Shown here one piece after another: positions 45,513-59,334 of a DNA stretch of 64,000 nt. Under the pieces are notes generated by a model that worked only from the letters and a program-made list of their open reading frames with translations, ran no database searches and was not told the DNA's origin. The first letter of the stretch is position 1; each line of letters starts with the position of its first letter. The translations under genes were made by a program, and so were the position numbers. Origin of the DNA: Octopus sinensis (Eukaryota). The DNA lies in the NCBI RefSeq assembly GCF_006345805.1, contig NC_043008.1:27962001-28026000 (forward strand), in the 5' to 3' direction.

Positions 45513-45665
45513 TCAAAAAATACCTTAGGAATGAGAACCCAGATTTGAAATTTCCCCAAGACACCTGATGAAGGCTGGAGGGTATATCAGCCAAAACGTT
45601 GTGTTAAGAACAAACATGATGAGTACGAATATCTCTCAAAAGTAAATAATATAAATAATATATAT
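45355..45665 (+). mobile_element. tRNA-headed SINE-like element: Pol III head, (TAA)n, hammerhead tail (family 1, copy 3)
   Basis: A box TGGCGTAGTGG 45363-45373, B box GAGTTCGATTCC 45406-45417, (TAA)n 45431-45510, HHR 45560-45605. Confidence 0.85.
45560..45605 (+). ncRNA. Minimal type I hammerhead ribozyme (family 1; GAAA>AAAA lesion)
   Basis: gacac-CTGATGA-a-GGCTG..CAGCC-aAAA-CG-TT-gtgtt. Confidence 0.7.
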
Positions 45666-47502
45666 GATGTCATTATAACTACTATCCTGGTTCGTAGTCA
45701 AGTGATTTTCATGATAAGGAACAGATGATAGTCAGATGGGGTCAAATAATAGGATTTGGGAAGGCGATCAACAAGTTCAAATTCAAAGTCACGCACACTA
45801 AGTAAGGAAAGCAAGGACTTAAGTGCTGAAGCATTGCCTTGAAAAAACAAGATCCCTTTCGTCAGTTTTCTATGGCGTTTAATCTCGACAACCTTTTGCA
45901 ACTGCCTCAGCAAAGCAGCATAGCATTCTCTAGAGACGGAATGGCTCGTTTCATGATAACCATTAGCAACAATGCCTTTTACATCCCCCAAAATGAGATC
46001 ATCGCCTTCCCTGCAGACGAAATGACCGTAGCCTTCTTGGGAGCAGTGAGGAGGGCTGATTACACTGTATGGATTTTGTCCTTGTCTCTGGCTCAAAGTT
46101 ATGTGTCCTACACTCATTCTGGGTTAGGAAATGTTTAGAGCAACTAGGCTGGATGTGCCTCAAGTAATACCAGAAATATTAAAATATATACTTAAAGCAA
46201 AATTCTTTGTATGTTACAAAAATGTAATGTGGAATTCTTTTTGTTTTGCCGCGGTATCCTCTGGTGTTGAAATTCTATCTAGCATCTTTCATAGTCAAGG
46301 GAATATGTACCAGTGGAACACTGGAATCTTCTAAGGTTTTCCTACTCTTTTTATACTCCTGTGATAAAACTAGAAATAATTATTGTTATTATAGTAGTAT
46401 TTTGTTCTCTGTAGTTACTGTACGAATTACATTATCTTACAGTAGTTCAGATTTTATAGAATTACCTATGGTATATCATTCATCAGTAATTGTAAACTAT
46501 GTTTACAAAAGAATGTGCAATTATGATAAATCACATGCTATGCTTCATTAATAATGGTATTATTAATTTTTATAGAAAAGTAAATGATATAATGAAATAA
46601 ATTGTTTGTAATATATATTTATTAGTCTTAGAGATTATTAGCTTCTACTGATAGTTCCTCTTCATAGGTTACCAGTATGAGGTAGATAATAATTGAATAG
46701 TCATTGTTAAGTGTACAATATAATCCTTTTTTATTAATTACAGTGAAATGATAAACGTGTTTTAGCATCATCGTAGAGACTAAACTCATTATTAATTACC
46801 ATTTTGCACAAACATTTGAAGCATCTGAACAAATAGCCATTACTTAAAATTGAGAAATCAATGCTTTAGAATAGCCTTGGAATTCATATGTTGTTTATAA
46901 TGAAGCTGTTAAAATATTGAAGATTATGATATGAGATGCTATAGATGTCAGGGATTATTACTAGAAATATGAGCCACGAAATTAGAATTTGCTTGGAGAT
47001 ATACCTAAATTTATATATGTGAGTACCTGCATTATGTAAATATATTCTGGGAACGCTACTGAATATAGGAAAATTGCCGGTATGTAATATTGTGTGTAAC
47101 GCTATATAATTATGCATATCCTTGAGTGTATAGTAGGGTAAGAGTGAATAAATATATTGAACCAAAATTTCATACTCCCGAGGAGTAGGAAGTTGTATCA
47201 CTCTCAGTAAAATATGAAAGTACGTGATAATGTTGATGAAACAATTAAATCGTCGTGTATTTAATACTTGGTCATACGGATATTTTGTTATTTATTCAAT
47301 AGCATAGACTCGCGCACAGACCCACATACGTACACACACATAAGCACACACACATTCGCATATATATATACGCAAAGGCGTATGTACTGAAACGAGATAT
47401 CATAGGTATTTAGATTAAAATATGTTTACGCATGAACATAAATTTATCTAGTCCACATATACATGCATATATATGTGCACTAGATAAATATATGTATATA
47501 TG

Positions 47503-47592
<90 letters not shown>

Positions 47593-47619
47593 ATATATAT
47601 ATAATATATATATATATAT

Positions 47620-47651
<32 letters not shown>

Positions 47652-47654
<3 letters not shown>

Positions 47655-47820
47655 TGTGCATGGCCTAGGGGTTAGGTTGTTGGACTCACGGCTTTGCGGT
47701 CATGATTTCAATTCCTTGACTGGGTTGCACGGTGTGTTCTTGAGCAAAATCCTTTGTCTCACGTTCCTCAGCGATCACTTGGACACTTGACAGGTGACAC
47801 ACAGTGGACCTGTTCAGACA
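47652..47820 (+). mobile_element. tRNA-derived SINE 5' part (family D)
   Basis: A-box-like tggcctaggggttagg, B-box-like atttcaattcc, then gtgttcttgagcaaaa. Confidence 0.6.
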
Positions 47821-49286
<1,466 letters not shown>

Positions 49287-49289
49287 AAG

Positions 49290-52200
49290 AGTTAGGGAAT
49301 GGAGTAGTTAAGATCCCAGTCACATATGTTTCATAGCAAACGGAACCTCAGAGATGCTAAATATCCAAGTGAGGTGTATACCGAAAACTACTCTTCAGGC
49401 TAACGATACTTTGTTTAAAAGAAAATTTACAATGATGCAAGAAAATACATGATAACACAAAGAAGATTCAATCAGTATGTATAGAGAGTATAGTATGAGA
49501 TGTGAATATATATGTAGGGAGAAATAAAAATTAAAAGAAGGAAGAATAAAAAAACAAAGGAATGAGTGGAGTGTGGAATTTAAGCAAGTTCGTTTGACCG
49601 CTCGTATTCAATGGGGCAGTTATGGCAGAATTCCAGAAATTTGCAAGGGGGGTGTTATTTTTTAAATATGATAATGTGGAGAGAAGAAGTGGGGGTATAT
49701 TTTTGATTAAGAGGGAGAAAAAAGTGTGCATGAAGAATGCAAGAGAGAATGAGGAATTTAAATCCGGTTATTTGACCGATAGAGCTGTTTTGGCCGAATC
49801 ACAGAAATTGGCAAGGGGAATGTTATTAAAAAACAGATAATAATATGGCAGGAAGAGGGTGGGGAAATATTTCTGGTCAAGAGTGAAACAACATAAATAT
49901 GCATGAAGAAAGCAAGAGAGAACGGTGAAGAATAGTGGTAGGTACTACTGGTTTTTACCTGAAGAATGTATATTGTGTGCGGTGAGCGTGTTTACAGTAT
50001 AACGTTATAAACATGTGGTTGGCATATGTATTTATAAGTTTATGAAGGGAGGTGAGTAGGAGGAGGAGACAGACTAAATGAGATTATTAAAAATTTAAAC
50101 GGTAAGGAATATGCTCAATTGTATGTAAATTATAATAAGGAATTGAAAGGAAGGTATATTGTAGGTTTAATACAGATTGGTAGTGAGGGTAGATAAGAGG
50201 GAAAATGTATGCAAGTTAGGCAAAGTAGGATGGGGTTGCTGGTATTTCTATTTTGAGAATATATTTAGTAATCGATGATTGCAGGTAAAAATTATACTGC
50301 GGCGTTCAATAAGACAATCCGTGGATTGCAAAATATCTAAGACTTCGTCTATGCAGAGATCACGCCTGTCATTATAGTTGTAGTATGGCTTGGCATGGGT
50401 GACTATGGGCCACTAGAGAGTGTAATCTGTTGAATTAATATTCAGTTTATTGATAAACTGAGATAAAGATGTACTGTTGGATTCTGTTTAAACTTGAAAC
50501 TGGAGAAGCCCTTGTTCACTCTAACTTTGAAGGTGGTGCTACATGAGATAATATATATGTAGTTACATTTGGCAATCGATACTGTGCACTTACAAACAAT
50601 GTTGTTTGCGACAAAGCGGTTATCTAAAGGACGGGACATGAAGCGTCTGAAGTTGCAAAAGATTATAAGGGATGATTCGGAGGGACTTGTACGGGGATTG
50701 TTATTTAGAGAGGAACTGGTGTTTGGTGTGTTATTATTGCTGGCGATAAAGTTGGTACTTTTAACGAGTACATGGTGGTGTTGTGAGGTTGTATAATATG
50801 GTAGCTATTGTGTCCGAAGTTATCTTGTAGATTTTGCTCTATATTTGAAAGCGGTATAGTTAGGCGTTGTGCTAAATTTAAGGATCGTGTGTTTGTAGTG
50901 GAAATAATCGAACATATACTTGTCGTTATGAGGTTTAATGTTGTTAAGGCGGGGTAAATTGCTGTTTTGGGTTTAATTGCATGGCGCTGGAGATTATGTA
51001 GAGCTAATTTATTAGAGTGGAGCTCAGCTGGTTGTGGATTTCTGAATTTCTTGTTGCTACGAATATTGGATTATGTCAATTTTATTGGCTGGCAGTTAAA
51101 TATTTTTCTCAGAGAGCTAGACTGAGGAAATTGGTTTTTGAGTAAGTCGAAGAAGAGTCTGAATATTAATGGCAAAGAGGGGTGGAACAAGACAACTTCC
51201 CGGGTTCTCTTTCCTCTAATGCGACTAGGGGGGTTAACTGGGCGAGGATAGTGTGTTGGATGTGTACGGTGGTGTATGTTTCGTTGAGGTTGGATGTATA
51301 TAGGATTTTGGAGTCATCTGGTTGGAGGGTTTTTGTTAGGCCGTCTGTTACTCTGAAATTTAGACGGGTATTGGAGAGGTTGGATAAGGGTGATATGTTT
51401 ACTATATAGGGGTGCACAAGTGGTTTTATTTACAGGTTTAGTGGAGAGAGGAATATCTCACATGGGGATGTATTCGATTGAGATTTTATATCCTGAACTT
51501 TGATGGGCACTATTGATCAAATAAAACTTTAATCGCAGGTACTGAGGAAATCTGGTTGGAAACGCTTTTTCTAATAGATTTTAAGACAAAGGAGAGTGGT
51601 TGAAGAGGAAGTTCATGCAGATGAGTTTTTACCCCAGGTTTGTGCTATGGGTAAATAGTTTGGTTTTGTAAGTTCAGGATTTAGTCCAACAAATTAGCAG
51701 TTTTAATGTTGTAACAGAAAGAGATGCTTAGGTCGATGTTTTTTGTTTTAATACTTCTTTTTCTTGTATGTTCGATTATCCGATTGCGAGAATTTTGGAT
51801 GGCGAACAGAGCGTCATCTGTGTATAAACCATCGGAGATGCTAGGAAAGTGTTCATGGAGACAGTTAAGAATGTAATAACCTGCAAGTTTCGTAATTTGA
51901 GCAGAATCTCTGGTCCACATAGTGATATCGAAAAAGTTGGGTGTATCCTTGCGTGCCCTGGATATCCCACCGAACAGTATTATATTTCGGCAGGCTGCTA
52001 AACTTATATCAATATTAGCATCAACTGGTAAGGAAAAATACAGAGGTAAGTATGTAAATGACAATAAGGAATTAAAGGGAAGATACACTGTGTGTTTAAA
52101 ATATGGTAGTCGCGAGGGTAGATTGGAGGGAAGTTAGTGGAAAGGTAGTGTTCGTTATTATTGATGGCTTTCAGATTGGTATTTGCTAAAGAGTTGAAGG

Positions 52201-52400
52201 TGGTGTTGTGCGGTTGTGGGATATGATAATTATTGTGCCCAGTGTCGTTCTCTATTTTTTGCAAAAGTTATTGTTGGGCGTTGTGGTAAATTTAAGGATA
52301 GGGTGTTAGTAGTGGGATTATAGTTGTTGTTATGACGGCTAATGTTCTTAAGGGGGTCAATTGGTTTTTTGGTTTATTTCTATGGAGTTGTTGTGTTATC
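49290..52400 (-). mobile_element. Near full-length decayed PLE (RT, C-terminal GIY-YIG, 3' HHR), possibly Naiad-like
   Basis: FFDITMWTRDSAQITKLAGYYIL..GLYTDDAL..NLLD (RT); FCNFRR..RPLDNR..NNIVCKCTV..YIYI..STTFKVR (CxC-linked GIY-YIG); HHR at 49317-49402. Confidence 0.85.
49317..49402 (-). ncRNA. Degenerate hammerhead in PLE 3' terminal repeat
   Basis: Minus strand tagc-CTGAAGA-GTAG..CTAT-GAAA-CATATG-TG-actg. Confidence 0.65.
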
Positions 52401-53439
52401 CGACCTCTCAGCAACAAACTCACAAATACACAACCCGCTAGCTTCTACTCTAATAAAGTAACTCAAGTTGATCAGGATGAAAAAGAGAACGATAATTTAT
52501 TTCAAATGCTTTCACTCAATACTATACGTATCTTCATACAGCATAGACTAATCAGCATACATGCATATATGTGTATGTAGAGGTTACACCCGCACTGTGT
52601 GTAGGCGCGTTCGCGGTCATATGCACAGGTGAGTAATTCTGAGTGTTTCTGCATTTGTATTAGTATATGTATGGATGTATCCCTAATTATCAAGGTTAAA
52701 AAATGAACGAAGCCGTTGAAGCAAAGAAGCACTTAGACGATTATGTCAAATTCAAGCCTGATATATATAAGTTTCGAAACGAAAATGCTAGCAAGTAATT
52801 CAATCTTCATTGTATTACTGTCTAAAAACAATTTTCGCTGGTGTATACAATTATATATTGTAATATCCAGTCAAGCATATCAAATATCAACCTGTGATTG
52901 ACGGTACCGATAAAAAAAACGTTTTATTTTGTGCCTAAATCCTTTAGGGATTATTCGATAGCAGGTCTGATATCAGCATTGTTGTGCTACCATGTAATCG
53001 GTGCGGGTGTTTATGTGCGTATATATGCAACTTTAATATGATCATTTTTATTCCTGGAATTTTCTCTATGATATATTTACAGTTACAGCACACAGCTATG
53101 TTATAACATCAGAAAAAAATCATATCATCATTTGGCCAATTCATTCCTTCTTAATTCGCAACTACAGCATGCATTTAATAAATTATACATAATATATAAG
53201 ACAAAATCTTTCCTGTTATAAATAACAGCGTTGAAAACAATTTCACTTATTATTAATTCATCCCATTGACATACAAACTAGAGTTAGAAAGGAAAAGTGA
53301 ATACATCCAACATAGATCACATAAACTGCCTAAGCGCAGGTTTTTAATCATATAAACTGTTGTTGGTGGTGTAATTTTGATACGCAAAAACATCGTATTA
53401 AAAATCTCTTTGAATTGTAATATGTCAAAACGTTTAACA

Positions 53440-53800
53440 AAAAGAACAAGAATAAAAATAATAACGATATGACAAGGAGTATTTAAAGCAGGAACAAAAC
53501 AGTAGTATCATCAGCCAAATTTTATAACGGAGACCAACTTTAAGGTCTTATGGGATTTTAATGTATGGCCTGATCGCGAATTTCATGCAAGGCGACCAGA
53601 CATCGTTATCAATAAGGTGTATTAGGAGTGCATCATCAAATACGTGGCTGTATATGCGAACATGAACAAAGAAGTCAAAGAACATGAGGAAATAAGAACA
53701 TATCAGAATTTGGCTTGGGAATCCATATACTTTGGAGAATGTTCACCAAAATAATCCCAATTTTAATAGGCGCCCTGGCAGTCTCCTTATTGAAATTGCT
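53440..53800 (+). mobile_element. R4/Dong endonuclease remnant
   Basis: KVLWDFNVWPDREFHARRPDIVI..IKYVA..K...YQNLA..IPILIGAL. Confidence 0.7.
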
Positions 53801-55884
53801 CCACATATTTGAGTTGTATTTGTTCTACTCGAAACAGCAAGGATTGTAAAGAAGATCTTCAATATCTACGGTCTCAGCCAATAGATTGATCTATCCTGCA
53901 CGTGGTAGATGGCGATCCTCAAAACTCCAGAAGTCAGCAGTCCTACAAATGCGTAACGATTGTACAGGTGCGTAACGATCAATTTCTCTGATGTGCAGCT
54001 TAATGGCGCTTCCAGTGTATGTGCGGCTGTTAGTAACTTTTCACAAGAGCCCTCATTACAGAGATCCATTTTACAATTTGTTTCTTCAAAGATGGACGGG
54101 AGCATTGGTACTGAAATGATGCAGACAAATTTTTGCGCTCAAGTAAAACACGTTATCGTGGTTAATGACTAAAATGTTTCGTTGTTGTTCTCTTGCGTCT
54201 CCACTCGTTGGGTCATCAGATGATTTAACACATCGTGATATAGAGTACGTGCTCAGACGTTGCAAGATTCGTGCATAGCATTGAAGAATTTACGAAAAGG
54301 CAATCTTAACTATAACATCCAATTAAGATGCATTGCTGAGCCTGGCAACTAAGTATCTGTTTCGGTCCTTGTCTGATCTAATTTTCTATATTGTTATTTC
54401 CTTCCAAAGTCTAACTTGTCCCACATTAATTCACCTTTCTAGGACATTTCACCGTGTCCTGAAGTCTGACCTCGTCCACACTCGCTTAACTATTGACCTG
54501 GGGTTATTGAACCAGTGAACCTGCTTGCAAAGTGATCACAGGCCTATTCTCAGTCAGGTCATCTTGGACATAAGGAATGAAGCATCTACTTACATTAGTT
54601 ATTAATTCGTTTATCGTTTACTTGCTTTTGTTGGTGATGTGGCTGTCGAGATACGTTTCCGTTTTGTTGATGATGATGCTATTTATTCCGCTGTCAGTTG
54701 TTTCTTTTGCTATGATGTTCCTCTGATATTTCTAAAGGCCAGATGTCTCCCACCGCTTCGGGGTTTTATCATATGATTTGTGTTGTCTGGGTGATATTTA
54801 TTTTTGTTGTTCGACCAGTTGGTTGTATGATTAATACGCTCTTGACAATTTTGTGTTTTGTTAAATGTGTTTCATTAATGTGCTGCATTCGTTTATGGCA
54901 TTCAGATTTATGATGTTTATTTGTTGCTGTTGTACAAAATTTGGGTGAAGAACGTGATTGGCTGGTGTTTGTATCGTTGGATTTGTCCGTGCTATGATTG
55001 GGAAGGTATTGATTGTGATGATCGTGATAATGATGACGATGAGGATGATTGTGGTATTGATAACATGGGCGTTGTTACTGACGTTGGTGTGTTATTGTTT
55101 TGAGTCGTCGTTTCTCCGGCGGTTGTAACATTTAGATTATTTTTGACTTGCTATTTGCCGTTTTTTTTCTATTGATTTGTTACTTCGCGCCATATATTCC
55201 TATGTTCACCTATGTTCCTATGTTTTGTATATATATCTGCATTCGGCAATTTTAAGTTGCGTGTCTCTCCTGAAAGATTCCAGTATCATTAATGTCTACG
55301 CTCCACGATTTCGTTGTCATGTTTATTTTATTTTATTTTAATTTCGTAAATCTTGTGATCTCTCATATCTGGCGGACATTGTCGGTAAACCCGGCAACTG
55401 TAGATTTACATATATATTCCCTTCAACTATTATCGCCGTGTTGATGGTGGAGATGACTAAGGAGGTGGGATTAGCAGATATGCTAAAGTGACAAATTAAT
55501 TATTTTGCTTTTGTTTTTGATTTTGCTGCTGATCTCAGTTCGATACAAGAAATAAAACCTGGAATTCTACCGATTGGTACAATACCACATATTGACAGAT
55601 TAATTTTTTTTTGGAAGGAAGATTGAAAAAATGTAATTCTAACTATTCGTGTGTATATCTTCAGCTACATATACATGCATATATTAGTCTTCTTTGTTGC
55701 TGTTGGCAAGATATCTACTCTGTAGTTTCATGTTCGTTAAATTTCATCCTGCTTCTATTTTTAGTGTGTAGAATAAAATATTTGGTGAATTTTCATTTGT
55801 CTTTTAATATGTCTGATGCGTTATATTCAAAATGGTTTTATCTTTTAACTTACATAATGGACCGTTAGCTCCTACACGCATTTT

Positions 55885-56078
55885 TTTTCTCTCCTTGTTT
55901 CTTTTCTGTGTATCATTCTGTCGAAGAGCGTAGGCTCGAAACGTAGAAGACTTGTTCTATTTCTATTCCTGAGCGCCATACTAATACATTTGTTTGTTTG
56001 TACTCCACCTGTCTTCGTCTTTTGTTTATCTTCGTAAACCTGCCTTCGTCTTTTATTTATGTTCGTAAACCTTCCCGT
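55885..56078 (+). mobile_element. Small repeat with variant HHR-like motif
   Basis: CTGTCGA-a-GAGC-gtag-GCTC-GAAA-CG-TA at 55918-55945. A second copy lies at 37605-37770. Abuts (TA)n. Confidence 0.6.
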
Positions 56079-56081
56079 TAT

Positions 56082-56159
<78 letters not shown>

Positions 56160-56168
56160 TATATATAC

Positions 56169-56584
56169 AGGCGCAGGAATGGCTGTGCGGTAAGTAGCTT
56201 GCTAACCAACCACATGGTTCCAGGTTCAGTCCCACTGCGTGGCATCTTGGGCAAGTGTCTTCTGCTATAGCCTCGGGCCGACCAATGCCTTGTGAGTGGA
56301 TTTGGTAGACGGAAACTGAAAGAAGCCCGTCGTATATAAGTATATATTTCTATGTGCATGTATTTTTGTGTGTCTGTGTTTGTCCCCCTAGCATTGCTTG
56401 ACAACCGATGCTGGTGTGTTTACGTCCCCGTCACCTAGCGGTTCGGCAAAAAGAGACCGATAGAATAAGTACTGGACTTACAAAAGAATAAGTTCTGGGG
56501 TCGAGTTGCTCGACTAAAGGCGGTGCTCCAGCATGGCCGCAGTCAAATGACTGAAACAAGTAAAAGAGTAAAAGAGTAAAGAGT
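56169..56584 (+). mobile_element. SINE family A, full length, young
   Basis: A box tggctgtgcggt, B box ggttcagtccc, central ttgggcaagtgtcttct, and (GAGTAAAA)n tail. Inserted in (TA)n. Confidence 0.92.
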
Positions 56585-56924
56585 ATATATATATATCTAT
56601 ATATATGTATGTATATATAAAAAAAAGCACGTTTATCAATTTGTTTTGCAAGATACCTGCTGTGAAATCATGCGTTGAAATAGTGTTATTGTTTTTCGGG
56701 ACGGTTTTTTTGTTGTTTTTTCTTGGTAACTAAACACGTGCACGGTGTATGTGTTCTCTCGTTTCTTCATTTTATAAAACAATATTCACACATGTATATT
56801 ATCCGGAAATCTTTCGTCACACATCTATAATTTCTTCAGCGACACTTTTCATTTGCATGTGTGCTCATGCTCCACTTACTCCATTCTGTTCTTCTAAGAT
56901 GTGCATCCACATTTGTGAGCTATT

Positions 56925-57663
56925 CCAGGTGATAGGTTAGCATCTTCATACACTGGGTATTCTGTCATCAGAGACAAGGTGTGCATGTATGACAAGTCTA
57001 GACAGGGAATTCACAGTTTATAAAGGGATAAAATAGTAGATAAAATAGTAGATAAAATAATACAAACAGGAGAAGAAAGCTCATCGTCTTCCAGAGTGTA
57101 TGGAAGTTCGTCCGTACCTCTCTAAAGGTATAAGTTCCAGGTAATTCCAAGCGGTATTTTTAATCTTGCGTTCATGTTGAAGGAATATATCAAGTGGTTA
57201 GCTGGTAATGAAACGGTCCACGTGGGTATATAGAGTGAGAAAGATAGACATCATGATAGACAGATATCGACAGAATAGAAGAGAGAGGAGAAAGAGAGAA
57301 ACTTGATCTACTCCTTCAACATAAACGCAACATACAAAGTGTTGCCAGAATACTGCCTCGATTTACCTGGGATTAAACTTAAGGACCATTACCCTCACGG
57401 AAGTACGGACCAATCTCCATACCCTCTGGAAGAAGATGAGTCATAGCATTTATCGTCTATGAATGATTTTATTCCTTTATAAACTGTGAATTCCCTGTCT
57501 AGAACTTTCTTAATATCCGATGATGGAATGACCAGTGTATGGAGATGCTAACCTATTATCTTGGATATCCCAGAAACAGCTGTAAGACAACAAATAATCA
57601 ATTAATTGCTTCTAATTCGCCTTATTCTGATGACTTGCGATACTCGTCCTGTCTTTTTCCTCT

Positions 57664-57665
<2 letters not shown>
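56925..57665 (+). mobile_element. Diverged inverted-repeat HHR element (arms ~56925-57196 and 57301-57570)
   Basis: The arms share tctagacagggaattcacagtttataaagg, gttagcatct.catacactgg and others. HHR motif at 57514-57587. Confidence 0.75.
57514..57587 (+). ncRNA. Type I hammerhead motif (core lesion in this arm)
   Basis: CCGATGA-TGG..GGATATCCCA-GAAA-CAGCTG-TA-aga. The inverted arm preserves tct-CTGATGA, giving helix I tct/aga. Confidence 0.65.
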
Positions 57666-57757
<92 letters not shown>

Positions 57758-57916
57758 TTGTATAATATCAACATAACTTCACAGTCCCGTAGAGGGAATT
57801 ACACCACCGCTATATAGCCCTGGGAAGCATCGACGCTTCCTGTCGGCTTTGACACATTTCCTGTGTCCGTATATTCGCAGTGAGGAGGCAAGCACCACAC
57901 CAGCTAGGACTAGTAA

Positions 57917-57962
57917 CCTGAAGACATGCATGTTTCTGGGTCTTTCCCGTCATCAGTCCAGG
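57917..57962 (-). ncRNA. Type I hammerhead ribozyme, inverted copy
   Basis: Exact rc of 58229-58274. Confidence 0.85.
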
Positions 57963-58228
57963 GTAGCGAGTCCCGCTAGCGGTGATACTTGCCAAGCCTT
58001 CGCAAGCCCTATTCCTAGAGCTATATAGCGGTGATGTAATTCCCTCTAAGGGACTGTCCCGTTATGTTGACATTATACAACCACTCTGTCGCTCCACTAC
58101 CGCCCATGTCTCTATGAGTCATTTAGAAATTCAATATTTCTAATTACGGTGACCAGTGAATAGATTTCACTTTAAATATATATATTTGCGAAGGCTTGGC
58201 AAGTATCACCGCTAGTGTGACTCGCTAC

Positions 58229-58274
58229 CCTGGACTGATGACGGGAAAGACCCAGAAACATGCATGTCTTCAGG
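58229..58274 (+). ncRNA. Type I hammerhead ribozyme
   Basis: CCTGGA-CTGATGA-cGGG-aaaga-CCCa-GAAA-CATGCATG-TC-TTCAGG, with a GUC cleavage triplet. Confidence 0.85.
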
Positions 58275-59256
58275 TTGCTAGTCCTAGCTGGTGAGAGTGC
58301 TTGCCTCCTCATTGTAAATATACGGACACAGGTAATGTGTCAAAGCCGACAGAAAGCGTCGATGCTTCCTAGGGCTATATAGCGATGGTGTAATTCCCTC
58401 TACGTTAATTCCTGTCACGTTATATTGACATTATACAACCACTCTATCGCTCCACTACCGCTTATGTCTCTTTAGAAATTCAATATTCAATATTTCTAAT
58501 ATATATATACATTACGCGCGTAATGTCCGTGTATATATGCGGATATTCTGTTGTATGTATGTGTGTGTACGCGCGTGCGTGTGGGTGCGTGTGTGTTTAT
58601 GTACGTGTTTACACGCGAGTGCGTGTGTATGCTTATAGGCTTGGAGGCGTATATGTACGCGTGAATGTGGGTGTATATATCCATGATGATATGTATGTAC
58701 TAGAAGTCCATTTAATTCAAGGAACCAGATTAAATGCTCATCAGCTCTGATTTACAACGCATTAAGTCCCCAGACGAAACTGTTGATGTACTGACAATTC
58801 TACAACTAAATTTTATCAATCTCCTGACCACCATGCTTGGTCCATAACCTCTATACATCCTTATCTTTACATTCTTTTACACTTTTATCATGTTTTTATC
58901 AGGTTTTTTTACTTTTATTTCTATTTCTATTTTTACTTTATATTTCTTTATACCCCCTTTACATCTACTTACAACCCTTTATCCTCTACATTTTTATATT
59001 ATTCTATACTTACACTTTTTATACATTTTTTATCCCTCGTCCCGAACTCTCGCCCCTCCATCTTCACCTCTATATATGTATTTATTTATTTACATTACCT
59101 CAACATCCAATTTTCCTCATTCTACATTGAGAGAAGAAAGAGATGGACGCTTCAACTCTATGCTGCTACCGCATTATGTCGCACGTGAATGAGAGGATTT
59201 GCATCCCCAACCAAGAATTTTTGATGTAACACATGTCCTTGTGGAAGGTGTGGTAC

Positions 59257-59334
59257 GCGGCTGAAGAAGGCCACAGACATACATTATGCATTGTTATAAA
59301 TCTGTCTAATAAAGGCCCGAAACATATGTACCGC
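59257..59334 (+). ncRNA. Type I hammerhead ribozyme in a probable PLE 3' terminal region (58690-59370)
   Basis: GCGG-CTGAAGA-aGGCC..GGCCc-GAAA-CATATG-TA-CCGC, with a GUA triplet. Confidence 0.85.

Larger units (their letters stand above)
45190..46080 (-). mobile_element. Degenerate mariner transposase C-half and 3' end, interrupted at 45355-45665
   Basis: DVKGIV..YAALLRQLQK..KR.RKLTKGILFFQGNASA.KS..FELVDRLPKSYYLTPSDYHLF matches the mariner DD34D region (DNAPAH, HPPYSPDLAPSDYHLF). Confidence 0.9.
57751..58500 (+). mobile_element. Retrozyme-like HHR element: inverted copy followed by a terminally redundant 354-nt unit
   Basis: 57751-58005 is the rc of 58186-58445. Direct repeat starts at 58012 and 58366. 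Flanked by (TA)n(GA)n and (TA)n. Confidence 0.9.

Noticed and set aside
53850-54300. Minus-strand maT/Tc1 transposase N-terminal remnant
   Set aside because: Only faint motif similarity (GRKRTT, SEKL..YNR); too weak to list as a feature.
56650-56750. HHR-like remnant ending AAACACGTGCA
   Set aside because: No identifiable CUGANGA core or helix II.
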